Assembly: GCF_000022265.1 (NCBI RefSeq)
Contig: NC_011979.1
Coordinates: 60,001 to 92,000, forward strand
Reading direction: 5' to 3'
Length of the DNA: 32,000 nucleotides
Source of the DNA: Geotalea daltonii FRC-32
GTDB taxonomy: Bacteria; Desulfobacterota; Desulfuromonadia; Geobacterales; Geobacteraceae
The notes beneath the pieces are model-generated. The model saw nothing but the letters and a program-made list of their open reading frames with translations. It ran no database searches and had not been told where the DNA came from. Shown here piece by piece: positions 1-7,466 of this stretch. A program made the position numbers and the translations under genes. Positions within the stretch are counted from its first letter, which is position 1; every line of letters begins with the position of its first letter.

Positions 1-212
1 GGGGAATTTCCCTTGATGACCAGAACAAGGTGTTCGACATTTTTCGCCGGGCAGGCAAACAGGATGTCCAGGGGGATGGGATGGGACTTGCCTACGTAAA
101 GGCTCTGGTGCGGCGACTCGACGGCCAGATCTGGTGTGCTTCGGAATTCGGTGAAGGGAGCACCTTCAGTTTTAGCCTGCCATTGACAGAAGACGGCATG
201 GGAAGAGTATAA
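1..212 (+). CDS. sensor histidine kinase, C-terminal HATPase_c fragment (5' end lies outside the window)
   Basis: Frame 3 is open from the window edge (GISLDDQNKVFDIFRRAG...). GDGMGLAYVKALVRRLDGQIWCASEFGEGSTFSFSLP is a typical G1/G2-box ATP-binding end of a histidine kinase. Stop codon ends at 212, 17 nt before a response-regulator gene. Confidence 0.85.
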   Translation, partial: GISLDDQNKVFDIFRRAGKQDVQGDGMGLAYVKALVRRLDGQIWCASEFGEGSTFSFSLPLTEDGMGRV

Positions 213-229
213 ACCACGGGAGAAGAACA

Positions 230-1570
230 ATGGTCGACGAAATGGGTGCAGTTGACGGCAAAGCCGATGGCGCTCGTATTTTATATATGGAAGATGATGC
301 CGGGCTGGCCCGGCTGCTCCAAAGGACCCTGCAGCGGCTTGGGCACGTGATAGACCTGGCGGAGAATGGCGAGCTGGGGCTGGCCATGTCGGAAAAGGTG
401 GAATACGATGTAATCCTGGTCGACTACAACATGCCTCTGTGCGGCGGTATAGATGTGCTGCGCATCCTGACCGCGCGGGAAAAACATCCACCAGTGATCA
501 TGGTAACGGGCAGCGGCAATGAAAAGGTAGCTGTGGAAGCACTGAAGCTGGGCGCCACGGACTATATCGTCAAAGATGTGGAGATGGGCTATCTGGAGCT
601 GCTTCCACTGGTTATTGATCAGGTATTGCAGAAACAACAGCTTGTTGCCGAGCGGCAGCAAATGCTCACCGCCATCCACGAGAGCGAATGGCGATACAGA
701 AAGCTGGTTGAACTGTCTCCCGACGGGATCGTGATCTGCTCCGCCGGGAAATTCGTCTTCATCAATCCCGCAGGTGTGAGCCTTTTGGGTGCGCCGGAGG
801 CGAAGGACCTGCTGGGAATGGCCATGCTCGACTTCGTCCATCCCGACTTCAAGGAAATATTCAAGGCACAGCTGAGGCAGATGGAAGATTCGGGATATAA
901 CGTCCCCTGGATTGAGGAACGGTTTATCCGTTTTGACATGGCCGACATAGATGTTGAGGTCTCAGGCGTTCCCTTTACCTTCAACGGCGAACCAGCCGTG
1001 CAAATCATCTTTCGCGACATCACCGAACGCACCCTGGCCAAGCGCCGCCTGGAACAGTTGGCCCATTACGATATGCTCACTTCATTGCCCAACCGGACGC
1101 TGTTTTTCGACCGCTTCAATACCAATCTGGAACAGGGCAAAAGGTACGGCATTGCTTTTGCCCTGCTGTTTCTTGATCTGGATCGATTCAAGCAGATCAA
1201 TGACCAGGACGGGCATGATGTGGGAGACCTGCTGCTGCAGAAAGTTGCGGAGAGGCTGAAAGGATGTCTGCGTAAATCCGATACGGTAGCACGTATGGGG
1301 GGAGACGAATTCGCCGTAGTTCTCTCCCGGATCAGCGAGAGAAAGGATGCCGCAACTGTAGCGAAAAAGATTATCGGCGAGCTCTCCGTGCCCTTTCAAC
1401 TTAAGGGGAAGGAGGGTTCGATCGGCGTCAGTATCGGCATAAGTATCTTCCCTGATGACGGCACCGATTTGGAAAGCCTGCTGAAACACGCCGACACGGC
1501 CATGTATCGTGCCAAGCAGGGTGGCAGCCGGTTCGAATTTTACCAGGCAGGAGAGGGTAATTTAACTTGA
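230..1570 (+). CDS. response regulator with REC-PAS-GGDEF architecture (diguanylate cyclase)
   Basis: GGGAGAAG lies about 6 nt upstream of the ATG at 230. The N-terminal receiver reads ILYMEDD...VILVDYNMP...TGSG...A.KLGA.DYIVK. The PAS segment reads WRYRKLVELSPDGIVI. The GGDEF domain has an intact GGDEF motif and an RKSD (RxxD I-site) at the canonical 5-residue spacing. Confidence 0.9.
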   Translation: MVDEMGAVDGKADGARILYMEDDAGLARLLQRTLQRLGHVIDLAENGELGLAMSEKVEYDVILVDYNMPLCGGIDVLRILTAREKHPPVIMVTGSGNEKVAVEALKLGATDYIVKDVEMGYLELLPLVIDQVLQKQQLVAERQQMLTAIHESEWRYRKLVELSPDGIVICSAGKFVFINPAGVSLLGAPEAKDLLGMAMLDFVHPDFKEIFKAQLRQMEDSGYNVPWIEERFIRFDMADIDVEVSGVPFTFNGEPAVQIIFRDITERTLAKRRLEQLAHYDMLTSLPNRTLFFDRFNTNLEQGKRYGIAFALLFLDLDRFKQINDQDGHDVGDLLLQKVAERLKGCLRKSDTVARMGGDEFAVVLSRISERKDAATVAKKIIGELSVPFQLKGKEGSIGVSIGISIFPDDGTDLESLLKHADTAMYRAKQGGSRFEFYQAGEGNLT

Positions 1571-1582
1571 CTTTTATTTTTC

Positions 1583-2149
1583 ATGCATGGTAGCTTTTCA
1601 GACGTTTTCTCCAACACTTCCCCGGTGCCACGGGCCGTTTTATCAGAAAGAGCGATAACAGAAATGGCGATAGAGAGGGATGATGCCTTCTGGATGGGCA
1701 AAGCCATCGCCCAGGCTGAAAAGGCCGCCGCCCGCGGCGAGGTACCCATTGGTGCCGTTATCGTCAGAGATGGTAAAATAATTGCCAGAGGACACAACCT
1801 ACGGGAGGGGATGCAGGACCCCTCGGCCCATGCCGAACTGATAGCCATCCGGCGGGGGGCAAAAAAAAACGGCAATTGGCGCCTGCTCGGCACAACGCTT
1901 TATGTCACCCTGGAACCCTGCCTGATGTGCATGGGGGCGATCTTGCTGGCGCGGGTGGAAAAGGTGGTTTTCGGCTGCCACGACCCGAAAGGGGGGGCGG
2001 CTGGTTCCCTTTACAACCTGTCCGACGACAGCCGGCTCAACCACCGGGTAACGCTGGTTTCAGGGATCAGGGAAGCGGAATGCGCGGCGCTACTCAGCGA
2101 TTTTTTCGCCGCCTTGCGCCGGGAAAAGAAGCAGAATAAAAGAGAATAG
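1583..2149 (+). CDS. tadA: tRNA-specific adenosine deaminase TadA (CMP/dCMP deaminase zinc-binding fold)
   Basis: Contains the HAELIAI (H-A-E) and PCLMCMGAI (PCxxC) zinc/catalytic motifs plus GEVPIGAVIV. The coordinates give the longest ORF. The internal ATG at 1664 (MAIERDDAFWMGKAI...) yields a more typical ~161 aa protein and may be the true start. Confidence 0.9.
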   Translation: MHGSFSDVFSNTSPVPRAVLSERAITEMAIERDDAFWMGKAIAQAEKAAARGEVPIGAVIVRDGKIIARGHNLREGMQDPSAHAELIAIRRGAKKNGNWRLLGTTLYVTLEPCLMCMGAILLARVEKVVFGCHDPKGGAAGSLYNLSDDSRLNHRVTLVSGIREAECAALLSDFFAALRREKKQNKRE

Positions 2150-2158
2150 CAATCAAAC

Positions 2159-2246
2159 GGAGAGGTGTCCGAGTGGTCGATGGTGCCTGACTCGAAATCA
2201 GGTGTACGGCAACGTACCTAGGGTTCGAATCCCTACCTCTCCGCCA
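2159..2246 (+). tRNA. tRNA-Ser, anticodon CGA, class II with long variable arm, CCA encoded
   Basis: Acceptor stem GGAGAGG/CCTCTCC. Anticodon stem CCTGA/TCAGG with loop CTCGAAA. Variable arm GTACG-GCAA-CGTAC. T-arm TAGGG-TTCGAAT-CCCTA. Ends in GCCA. Confidence 0.95.
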
Positions 2247-2491
2247 GTTTTTCTGCTTTTGGCAGGCTTCCTGAAAACCCCCGACTTTCACCAGACTTTC
2301 ACCAACGAAATTCTCGGTAAAAAGGAAGGGGTTTTGTTTTGATTTCAATGTTGTCTTCTCCGAAGTATTCGAGGATGTTCCAGTAGTCCCTCCTGCTGCC
2401 TTGCGCCTGTCCCGCCAATAGAATATCTCTCCCACGATAATCTAATTATCCTCCAGCTTTCGTACTCCATACTAAAAACGTCACTCGCGGT

Positions 2492-2507
2492 TGGCACTAT
2501 TTATGCG
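2492..2507 (+). promoter_or_regulatory. candidate sigma-54 (-24/-12) promoter upstream of the giant cytochrome gene
   Basis: TGGCAC-tatttat-GC has exactly the GG-to-GC spacing of the TGGCAC-N5-TTGCW consensus. The -12 element is ATGCG rather than TTGCW. It sits in an AT-rich 400-nt gap about 140 nt upstream of the ATG at 2648. Confidence 0.3.
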
Positions 2508-2647
2508 GTTGTTGAGTTCCTATGATATGGCCTGATGTTTCCAACAGAGCATGGAGTAAGATTTTATAAAGGCATGCCAATTTTTTATAATTTCTGCTAA
2601 TGCGTGTTTTAACCGAATTCAAATTAAATAGTAGAGGTCAGGTCACC

Positions 2648-5600
2648 ATGGGGAAAACTATTGTACGAAAAATCAGGGGGGTTAGCCTTAGAGCTAAGAT
2701 AGCCTTGATAGCAGGATTTACCATGCTGCTGAGCACCTTTATGTACCAAGGGTGGTATCGACCAGTGGTTGCCAGCGCTACAGAGATGGTCTCCAATGGG
2801 GTATTCAATGGCAGCGCCGGCTGGACATTCAGTACTGCCACTTACGACAGCACCACCACAAGGACAGCCAGCAGTGGTTCTGCAAAGCTATCCATCTCCG
2901 GCCGCAATACCGCGACTATCGGCACAGTGACGCAGGCTGTTTCCATTCCTGCCGGATCGACCATTGATGCGGTTTCTCTTTACGCGCAACTCACCACGAG
3001 CCACGAAACCACTGGTGACAACATCTCGGTCGACCTTCGCTATTCCGATGCAACGACCGTCAACATCCTCAGTTCCGGCGAACTTACCAACAGTTCATGG
3101 ACTGTGAGCAACGGCACAGGGGTTACTCTGGCCATGGATGTAAACCAGGTGATCATCACCATGAACACCAAATCAGGCAACAATTCTGCCTCCACGGCAT
3201 CGCTGTGGGTGGACGAGGTTACTGTTTCCTACACTGCAGGCCTTCCCTGTTCGCTAAATATCCCGACCTTGGCCGTATCCCCTTCATCGTCTCTGGTTGC
3301 TGCCGGGGCCAATATGCTCTATACAGCAACTGTCACAAACAATGACAGTGGTGCAGGTTGCAGTAATGTTACCTTTAACTTGGGGCTGATCAACACCAAC
3401 ACGTCCGATTTTACCTTAACGGCAATTTCTCCTGCGTCACTTTTGCTTCCAGCAGGTGCGCAGGGAACTGCCGAATTTACCGTAACCGCCCAGGCTACCG
3501 CTGCAGACGGGGCGGTTAATACATCCACCGTCAGCGTCAGCGCCTTCGGCCATACTGCCCCACCCAACGCCACAGTGCAAACAACAGTAAACAGCGGCGG
3601 ATCGCCGCTGCTGCACACAAGCGCCAATTTGGATCCAACAAACGCAAAGGGCTACGGTACGTGGGGGGCATCCTATGCCTGCAGCACCTGCCACAATAGA
3701 AATTCCACCAACGTCAAGCGGGTTCTGGAAACGATAGTTACTCCACTTGGCAGCAGGCCTGTGCTTTTCTCGCGCATGACAGCATCGATTGCCAATACCC
3801 AGGGGACTTTTGGTGATGATCTCAGGACCACCTATGCCAATGCTTCCCGCAACGTCTGCGAAGTATGTCACCACAAGACCCTGTATCACCAGTACAGTTC
3901 GACAAAGATTGCCAACCGGAGCACCGATCCCCATTATAACCGCCAGGATTGTGCTGCTTCCTGTCATCCACACAGTGCAGGCTTTAAAGGGTCCGGTTGC
4001 GACGGCTGCCACGGCAATCCACCTACCAGTACGGCAACACTGGTAACCAGCCCCGAGGCGACACTGGCCCTGGGCGCCCCCCCGACCAGCGGAGGTTCCC
4101 ATTCAGCACACGTGACAGGTGAAGGAATGAAGTGCACCACTTGCCACAGCGGCAATACCATGCCGTCGGTGAGCAAAACCATCCAGATTGGCTTCGATAT
4201 CAACAATAGCAACTGGCCCGGCTTTGCCGGACCAGTTGCCTTCGGCTCCTTTAGCGGACGTTCGCCCCTTGGCGGCACTCCTGCCTACAGCTTTGTTTCC
4301 AGCAAAACCGGCACCGTCGTCAATACCAGCGCCAGCTACCGTACCTCCTGCAATGTCTATTGCCACGGCCAGTGGACCGGCGCCAATGGCTCGATAAATC
4401 CATCGTGGATTGTTACCGACGGCAGCCAGTCGGCCTGCGGTACCTGTCACGCCGCTTCAGCGGCCAATGTTCCTGCAACCGGAAAGCATACTACCCACGC
4501 CAGCAGCAGTGCCGGCAACTATGGATTCTCCTGCACCAAGTGCCATCCGGGTGCAAGCAGCTTCAACCATGTCAACGGCAGCGTCCAGTGGCGGTTAAGC
4601 TCCTCCACCACCGGTCTCATCGGCTCTACCTCCAGTTATTCCCCGGCTGTTACCGGAGCCGATCCGGCAGGAATCAGCGGTAATACCAATAAATTAGCCC
4701 CCAGTGCCACCTACGGTACCTGCACCAACATCTACTGCCATTCCAATGCCCAGTCAAACACCGGTGCTGCTACACCTGTTGCCTATACATCACCAGGGTG
4801 GAACGATGCCTCCCTTGGCTGCGGTGGGTGCCACCTGGATATGGACACCAACGCCTCCGCCACCGGTGACCATGTGAAGCACGCCCAGACCTACGCCATT
4901 TCCTGTGTCACCTGCCATAACGGCTATACGGAAACCTCTGTTACGACCGCCACTCACGTAAACAAGGTGATCGAGATTTCTTTCAGCGGCAATGGCGCTG
5001 GCACCACTTATTCCCAGGCCAACCAGGCACCTGGCAACGGCTACGGCACCTGCAGTACCAGCTACTGCCACAGTACAGCCCAATCATCCACCGGTGGCGC
5101 GACTCCCACCTATCCGGGTACCGCACCAACCTGGGGCAGTTCGACAATGAATTGCGGCAGTTGCCATCTTAATATGGATAGCAATACATCCGCCCCCGGC
5201 GATCACGTCAAACACGCCCAAGGAACAGCCAACTTCACCTGTGCAACCTGTCATAACGGCTATACCGAAACATCAGTTACAACCTCTACCCATGTGAACA
5301 AGACCATAGAACTCTCCTTCAGTGGCACCTATGCCACCGGTACCGTTTATTCCCAGGGAAATGGCGCCGTCGGCAATGGCTTCGGCAACTGCACGGCAAG
5401 CAAATGCCACGGCCAGGGTGCACCGGTTTGGGGCGGTGGTTTGTACTCGGCAACCGTTCCTTGTGAAAACTGTCACGGCTCGGCCGCAACCAGTCCGTTC
5501 TACTCCACTGCGGCTACCGGTGCTGCGCCGACAAAGGTGACGGCTGAGAATGATAGCAAGGTTGGTGCCCATGTTCCTCATCTCACGGCACGAGCGGCAT

Positions 5601-7174
5601 ATACCGGCATCGTTGCTTGCGGGGATTGCCATACCGTTCCAGCTACGATTACTGCCGTAGGCCATATGAATGGTGTTTCAGCGCCGGTCTTTTCCGGCGA
5701 TGCGGTACTGAACACAGCTAATCCGACCTATGCATCTTCAACCTGCACCGCCACCTACTGCCACGGCGGAAAGATGATCAACGGCTCAAGCAACGGGTCG
5801 GATACCAGCCCGACCTGGACCAATACTGCCTATCTTACCGGTACCCCGTCAAATACGGGTGATTGTGCCATGTGCCATGGCTGCCCCCCTACCGGTTATA
5901 CGGGCAGTTCCCACAGCGGCACAGAAGCCTTGTCTGCATGTAACGGCTGCCATTCCCACGTCAATGCAGACGGCACATTTACTGCCGGCGCCAATCGTGC
6001 TCTACACATTAACGGTATAGTCGAGGCATCCGGCGGGGACTGTCTCGGTTGTCACGCCGGCCTCAAAAATAACACGGGCAACGCCGATATCGATAATAAT
6101 GGTGTTCGCATAATCACAGCAGAATTTTCCAGAACTTCACACCATGTCACCGGTGTAACCTTGACCGTACGCCACTGTGCCATGTGCCACATGGAGGGGG
6201 ATACCAGCGGCGTCAAGGGAACACTGCATGAAAATGGCCAGATTGACCTGCGTAATGTTGATACCAACACCGCTATTGTCTGGACCGGTTCTGAGCACGC
6301 CAATATGGATAATTTTTGTTTTGCCTGTCATGACAACAATGGGGTCAACAATACTACTGTTCAAAGCATTACGGGTGGAACGGCGACCAACCCCTTCAAC
6401 GACACCCTGAGAAACAGTTACGACCAGGTCACACGCCCTGGGGTAATCGATGTCAAAACGCAATTCACTACCACCAACTACTCCCATCACGCCGTGTCCG
6501 GCCAAAAGTATACATCGTCGACACCACTTTTCTCGGCCAGTCCAAACCGGTTCGTATCCACCTTCACCCCACTCGGAGGTAGCGTTTCCATCCGCGATAC
6601 CTCGACAATCCACTGCGGTGACTGCCACACCAGCGGTAAGTGGGCGACATCAGGCGGCATCGGCGCTCACGGTTCCACCAACGAATATATGCTGCAGACC
6701 GCTAGCGGCACGGACACAACCCATACATCGACCGATTATGTCTGTTTCAAATGCCATGTCGGATCTATCTACAACGATTTAGGTGGCAAAACCCTGGGCG
6801 GTACCGCTGCTCACATTACCGGCGGTAACGGGAGCGATTACACACACACTGCAGGGACAACCGGCCTGTCTGCCCGTACGAATGGCGATGGACACATCAC
6901 CGGCATGACCTGCTCAGGCTGCCACAACTGCGGCCAAACCGGATGGGGGGGCATTCACGGCGGCAATGCCAGCTACACGGACGGTAACAATACTTCTCAG
7001 CAGACGAGGCGGTTCATGCCTGGTATGGGAAACTCCAAGTACATCCCTGGGGGCTGGACATCGGGAACCGGTGCAACCTGCTATACGCTGAACAACTCAA
7101 GCTGGAGCACGTGCAATCAGCATCCTTCCGGCGGAAAATCTGTCACCAGAACGCCACGAGCAATCACCTATTGA
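2648..7174 (+). CDS. giant extracytoplasmic multiheme cytochrome c (26 heme-type motifs) with N-terminal signal anchor, CBM-like jelly-roll and Ig-like (CARDB/NEW3-like) domains
   Basis: The ORF is open from 2600. The ATG at 2648 is preferred because GAGG lies ~11 nt upstream and it gives MGKTIVRKIRGVSLRAKIALIAGFTMLL, a basic n-region followed by a hydrophobic helix. By direct count of the translation there are 20 CXXCH, 2 CX3CH (CAASCH, CNVYCH) and 4 CX4CH (CTNIYCH, CSTSYCH, CTASKCH, CTATYCH) motifs. This matches the Geobacter CxxxxCH...CXXCH domain family, which I recall as TIGR01904. The N-terminal segment NGVFNGSAGW...LWVDEVTVSY resembles a CBM4_9/galactose-binding-like module. Confidence 0.9.
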   Translation: MGKTIVRKIRGVSLRAKIALIAGFTMLLSTFMYQGWYRPVVASATEMVSNGVFNGSAGWTFSTATYDSTTTRTASSGSAKLSISGRNTATIGTVTQAVSIPAGSTIDAVSLYAQLTTSHETTGDNISVDLRYSDATTVNILSSGELTNSSWTVSNGTGVTLAMDVNQVIITMNTKSGNNSASTASLWVDEVTVSYTAGLPCSLNIPTLAVSPSSSLVAAGANMLYTATVTNNDSGAGCSNVTFNLGLINTNTSDFTLTAISPASLLLPAGAQGTAEFTVTAQATAADGAVNTSTVSVSAFGHTAPPNATVQTTVNSGGSPLLHTSANLDPTNAKGYGTWGASYACSTCHNRNSTNVKRVLETIVTPLGSRPVLFSRMTASIANTQGTFGDDLRTTYANASRNVCEVCHHKTLYHQYSSTKIANRSTDPHYNRQDCAASCHPHSAGFKGSGCDGCHGNPPTSTATLVTSPEATLALGAPPTSGGSHSAHVTGEGMKCTTCHSGNTMPSVSKTIQIGFDINNSNWPGFAGPVAFGSFSGRSPLGGTPAYSFVSSKTGTVVNTSASYRTSCNVYCHGQWTGANGSINPSWIVTDGSQSACGTCHAASAANVPATGKHTTHASSSAGNYGFSCTKCHPGASSFNHVNGSVQWRLSSSTTGLIGSTSSYSPAVTGADPAGISGNTNKLAPSATYGTCTNIYCHSNAQSNTGAATPVAYTSPGWNDASLGCGGCHLDMDTNASATGDHVKHAQTYAISCVTCHNGYTETSVTTATHVNKVIEISFSGNGAGTTYSQANQAPGNGYGTCSTSYCHSTAQSSTGGATPTYPGTAPTWGSSTMNCGSCHLNMDSNTSAPGDHVKHAQGTANFTCATCHNGYTETSVTTSTHVNKTIELSFSGTYATGTVYSQGNGAVGNGFGNCTASKCHGQGAPVWGGGLYSATVPCENCHGSAATSPFYSTAATGAAPTKVTAENDSKVGAHVPHLTARAAYTGIVACGDCHTVPATITAVGHMNGVSAPVFSGDAVLNTANPTYASSTCTATYCHGGKMINGSSNGSDTSPTWTNTAYLTGTPSNTGDCAMCHGCPPTGYTGSSHSGTEALSACNGCHSHVNADGTFTAGANRALHINGIVEASGGDCLGCHAGLKNNTGNADIDNNGVRIITAEFSRTSHHVTGVTLTVRHCAMCHMEGDTSGVKGTLHENGQIDLRNVDTNTAIVWTGSEHANMDNFCFACHDNNGVNNTTVQSITGGTATNPFNDTLRNSYDQVTRPGVIDVKTQFTTTNYSHHAVSGQKYTSSTPLFSASPNRFVSTFTPLGGSVSIRDTSTIHCGDCHTSGKWATSGGIGAHGSTNEYMLQTASGTDTTHTSTDYVCFKCHVGSIYNDLGGKTLGGTAAHITGGNGSDYTHTAGTTGLSARTNGDGHITGMTCSGCHNCGQTGWGGIHGGNASYTDGNNTSQQTRRFMPGMGNSKYIPGGWTSGTGATCYTLNNSSWSTCNQHPSGGKSVTRTPRAITY
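4718..5386 (+). repeat. in-frame tandem duplication (110 aa + 113 aa) inside the cytochrome gene; each copy is one CX4CH + 2 CXXCH unit
   Basis: Copy 1 (4718-5047) reads TCTNIYCHSNAQS...GCGGCHLDMDTNASATGDHVKHAQ...CVTCHNGYTETSVTTATHVNKVIEISFSG. Copy 2 (5048-5386) reads TCSTSYCHSTAQS...NCGSCHLNMDSNTSAPGDHVKHAQ...CATCHNGYTETSVTTSTHVNKTIELSFSG. The copies are roughly two-thirds identical by eye. Confidence 0.8.
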
Positions 7175-7194
7175 CTCCTAGCGCATTGTTGCAT

Positions 7195-7231
7195 GAAAGG
7201 GGCCAGGCAACCGGCTCCTTTCTTTTATTTT
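7195..7231 (+). terminator. Rho-independent terminator after the cytochrome gene
   Basis: GAAAGGGGCC-aggcaacc-GGCTCCTTTC forms a 10-bp stem with one G.U pair and an 8-nt loop. It is followed by TTTTATTTT and starts 21 nt after the stop codon. Confidence 0.7.
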
Positions 7232-7288
7232 CCTGTTTACTACGAGCGGAGATGCAGGTAAACGAAAGGGTGATGCACACAACCCTAA

Positions 7289-7446
7289 CAGGTTGTTGAA
7301 AAACTATTGCGGACCCGCGGGGCCTAAAGAGTCGCTCTGCTGCGTTGCCGCTCGCTCGGAGACTCAACGTACAGAGGGTACGCCTCGTCCCCTCGCTCGC
7401 TTGAGCCTTGCATAGCGACCTCCTCATGACGTTTTTCAACAACCCG
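7289..7446. repeat. MITE-like / REP-like palindromic element or structured RNA
   Basis: Perfect 14-bp terminal inverted repeat GGTTGTTGAAAAAC (7291-7304) / GTTTTTCAACAACC (7431-7444), extendable to 16 bp with one mismatch. It is flanked by direct CTAA copies (7285-7288 and 7447-7450). The 126-nt GC-rich interior has further nested pairings (GAGTCGCT..AGCGACCTC; CGTAC-agagg-GTACG) and the direct repeat CTCGCTCG. No credible ORF lies inside. Confidence 0.5.
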
Positions 7447-7466
7447 CTAAATCACTTTTTAAATTT

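Noticed and set aside
2094-2435. 113-aa minus-strand ORF spanning the tRNA-Ser gene; also considered as a possible integrase remnant
   Set aside because: It runs antisense through the tRNA and the tadA 3' end. The translation has no recombinase motifs (no R..H..R..Y-type segments).
2250-2647. Looked for a GEMM-I type cyclic-dinucleotide riboswitch upstream of the cytochrome gene; these are common in front of Geobacter extracellular cytochromes
   Set aside because: I could not find the conserved GGCAAACC / ACGCAAAGC-type segments or the paired hairpins with a GNRA loop and receptor. A covariance-model scan (Rfam RF01051) would be the definitive test.
7164-7442. 92-aa minus-strand ORF and 62-aa plus-strand ORF (7111-7299) in the cytochrome/ResB-like intergenic region
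   Set aside because: They run through the terminator hairpin and the palindromic element. They are probably artefacts of the repeat sequence rather than genes.
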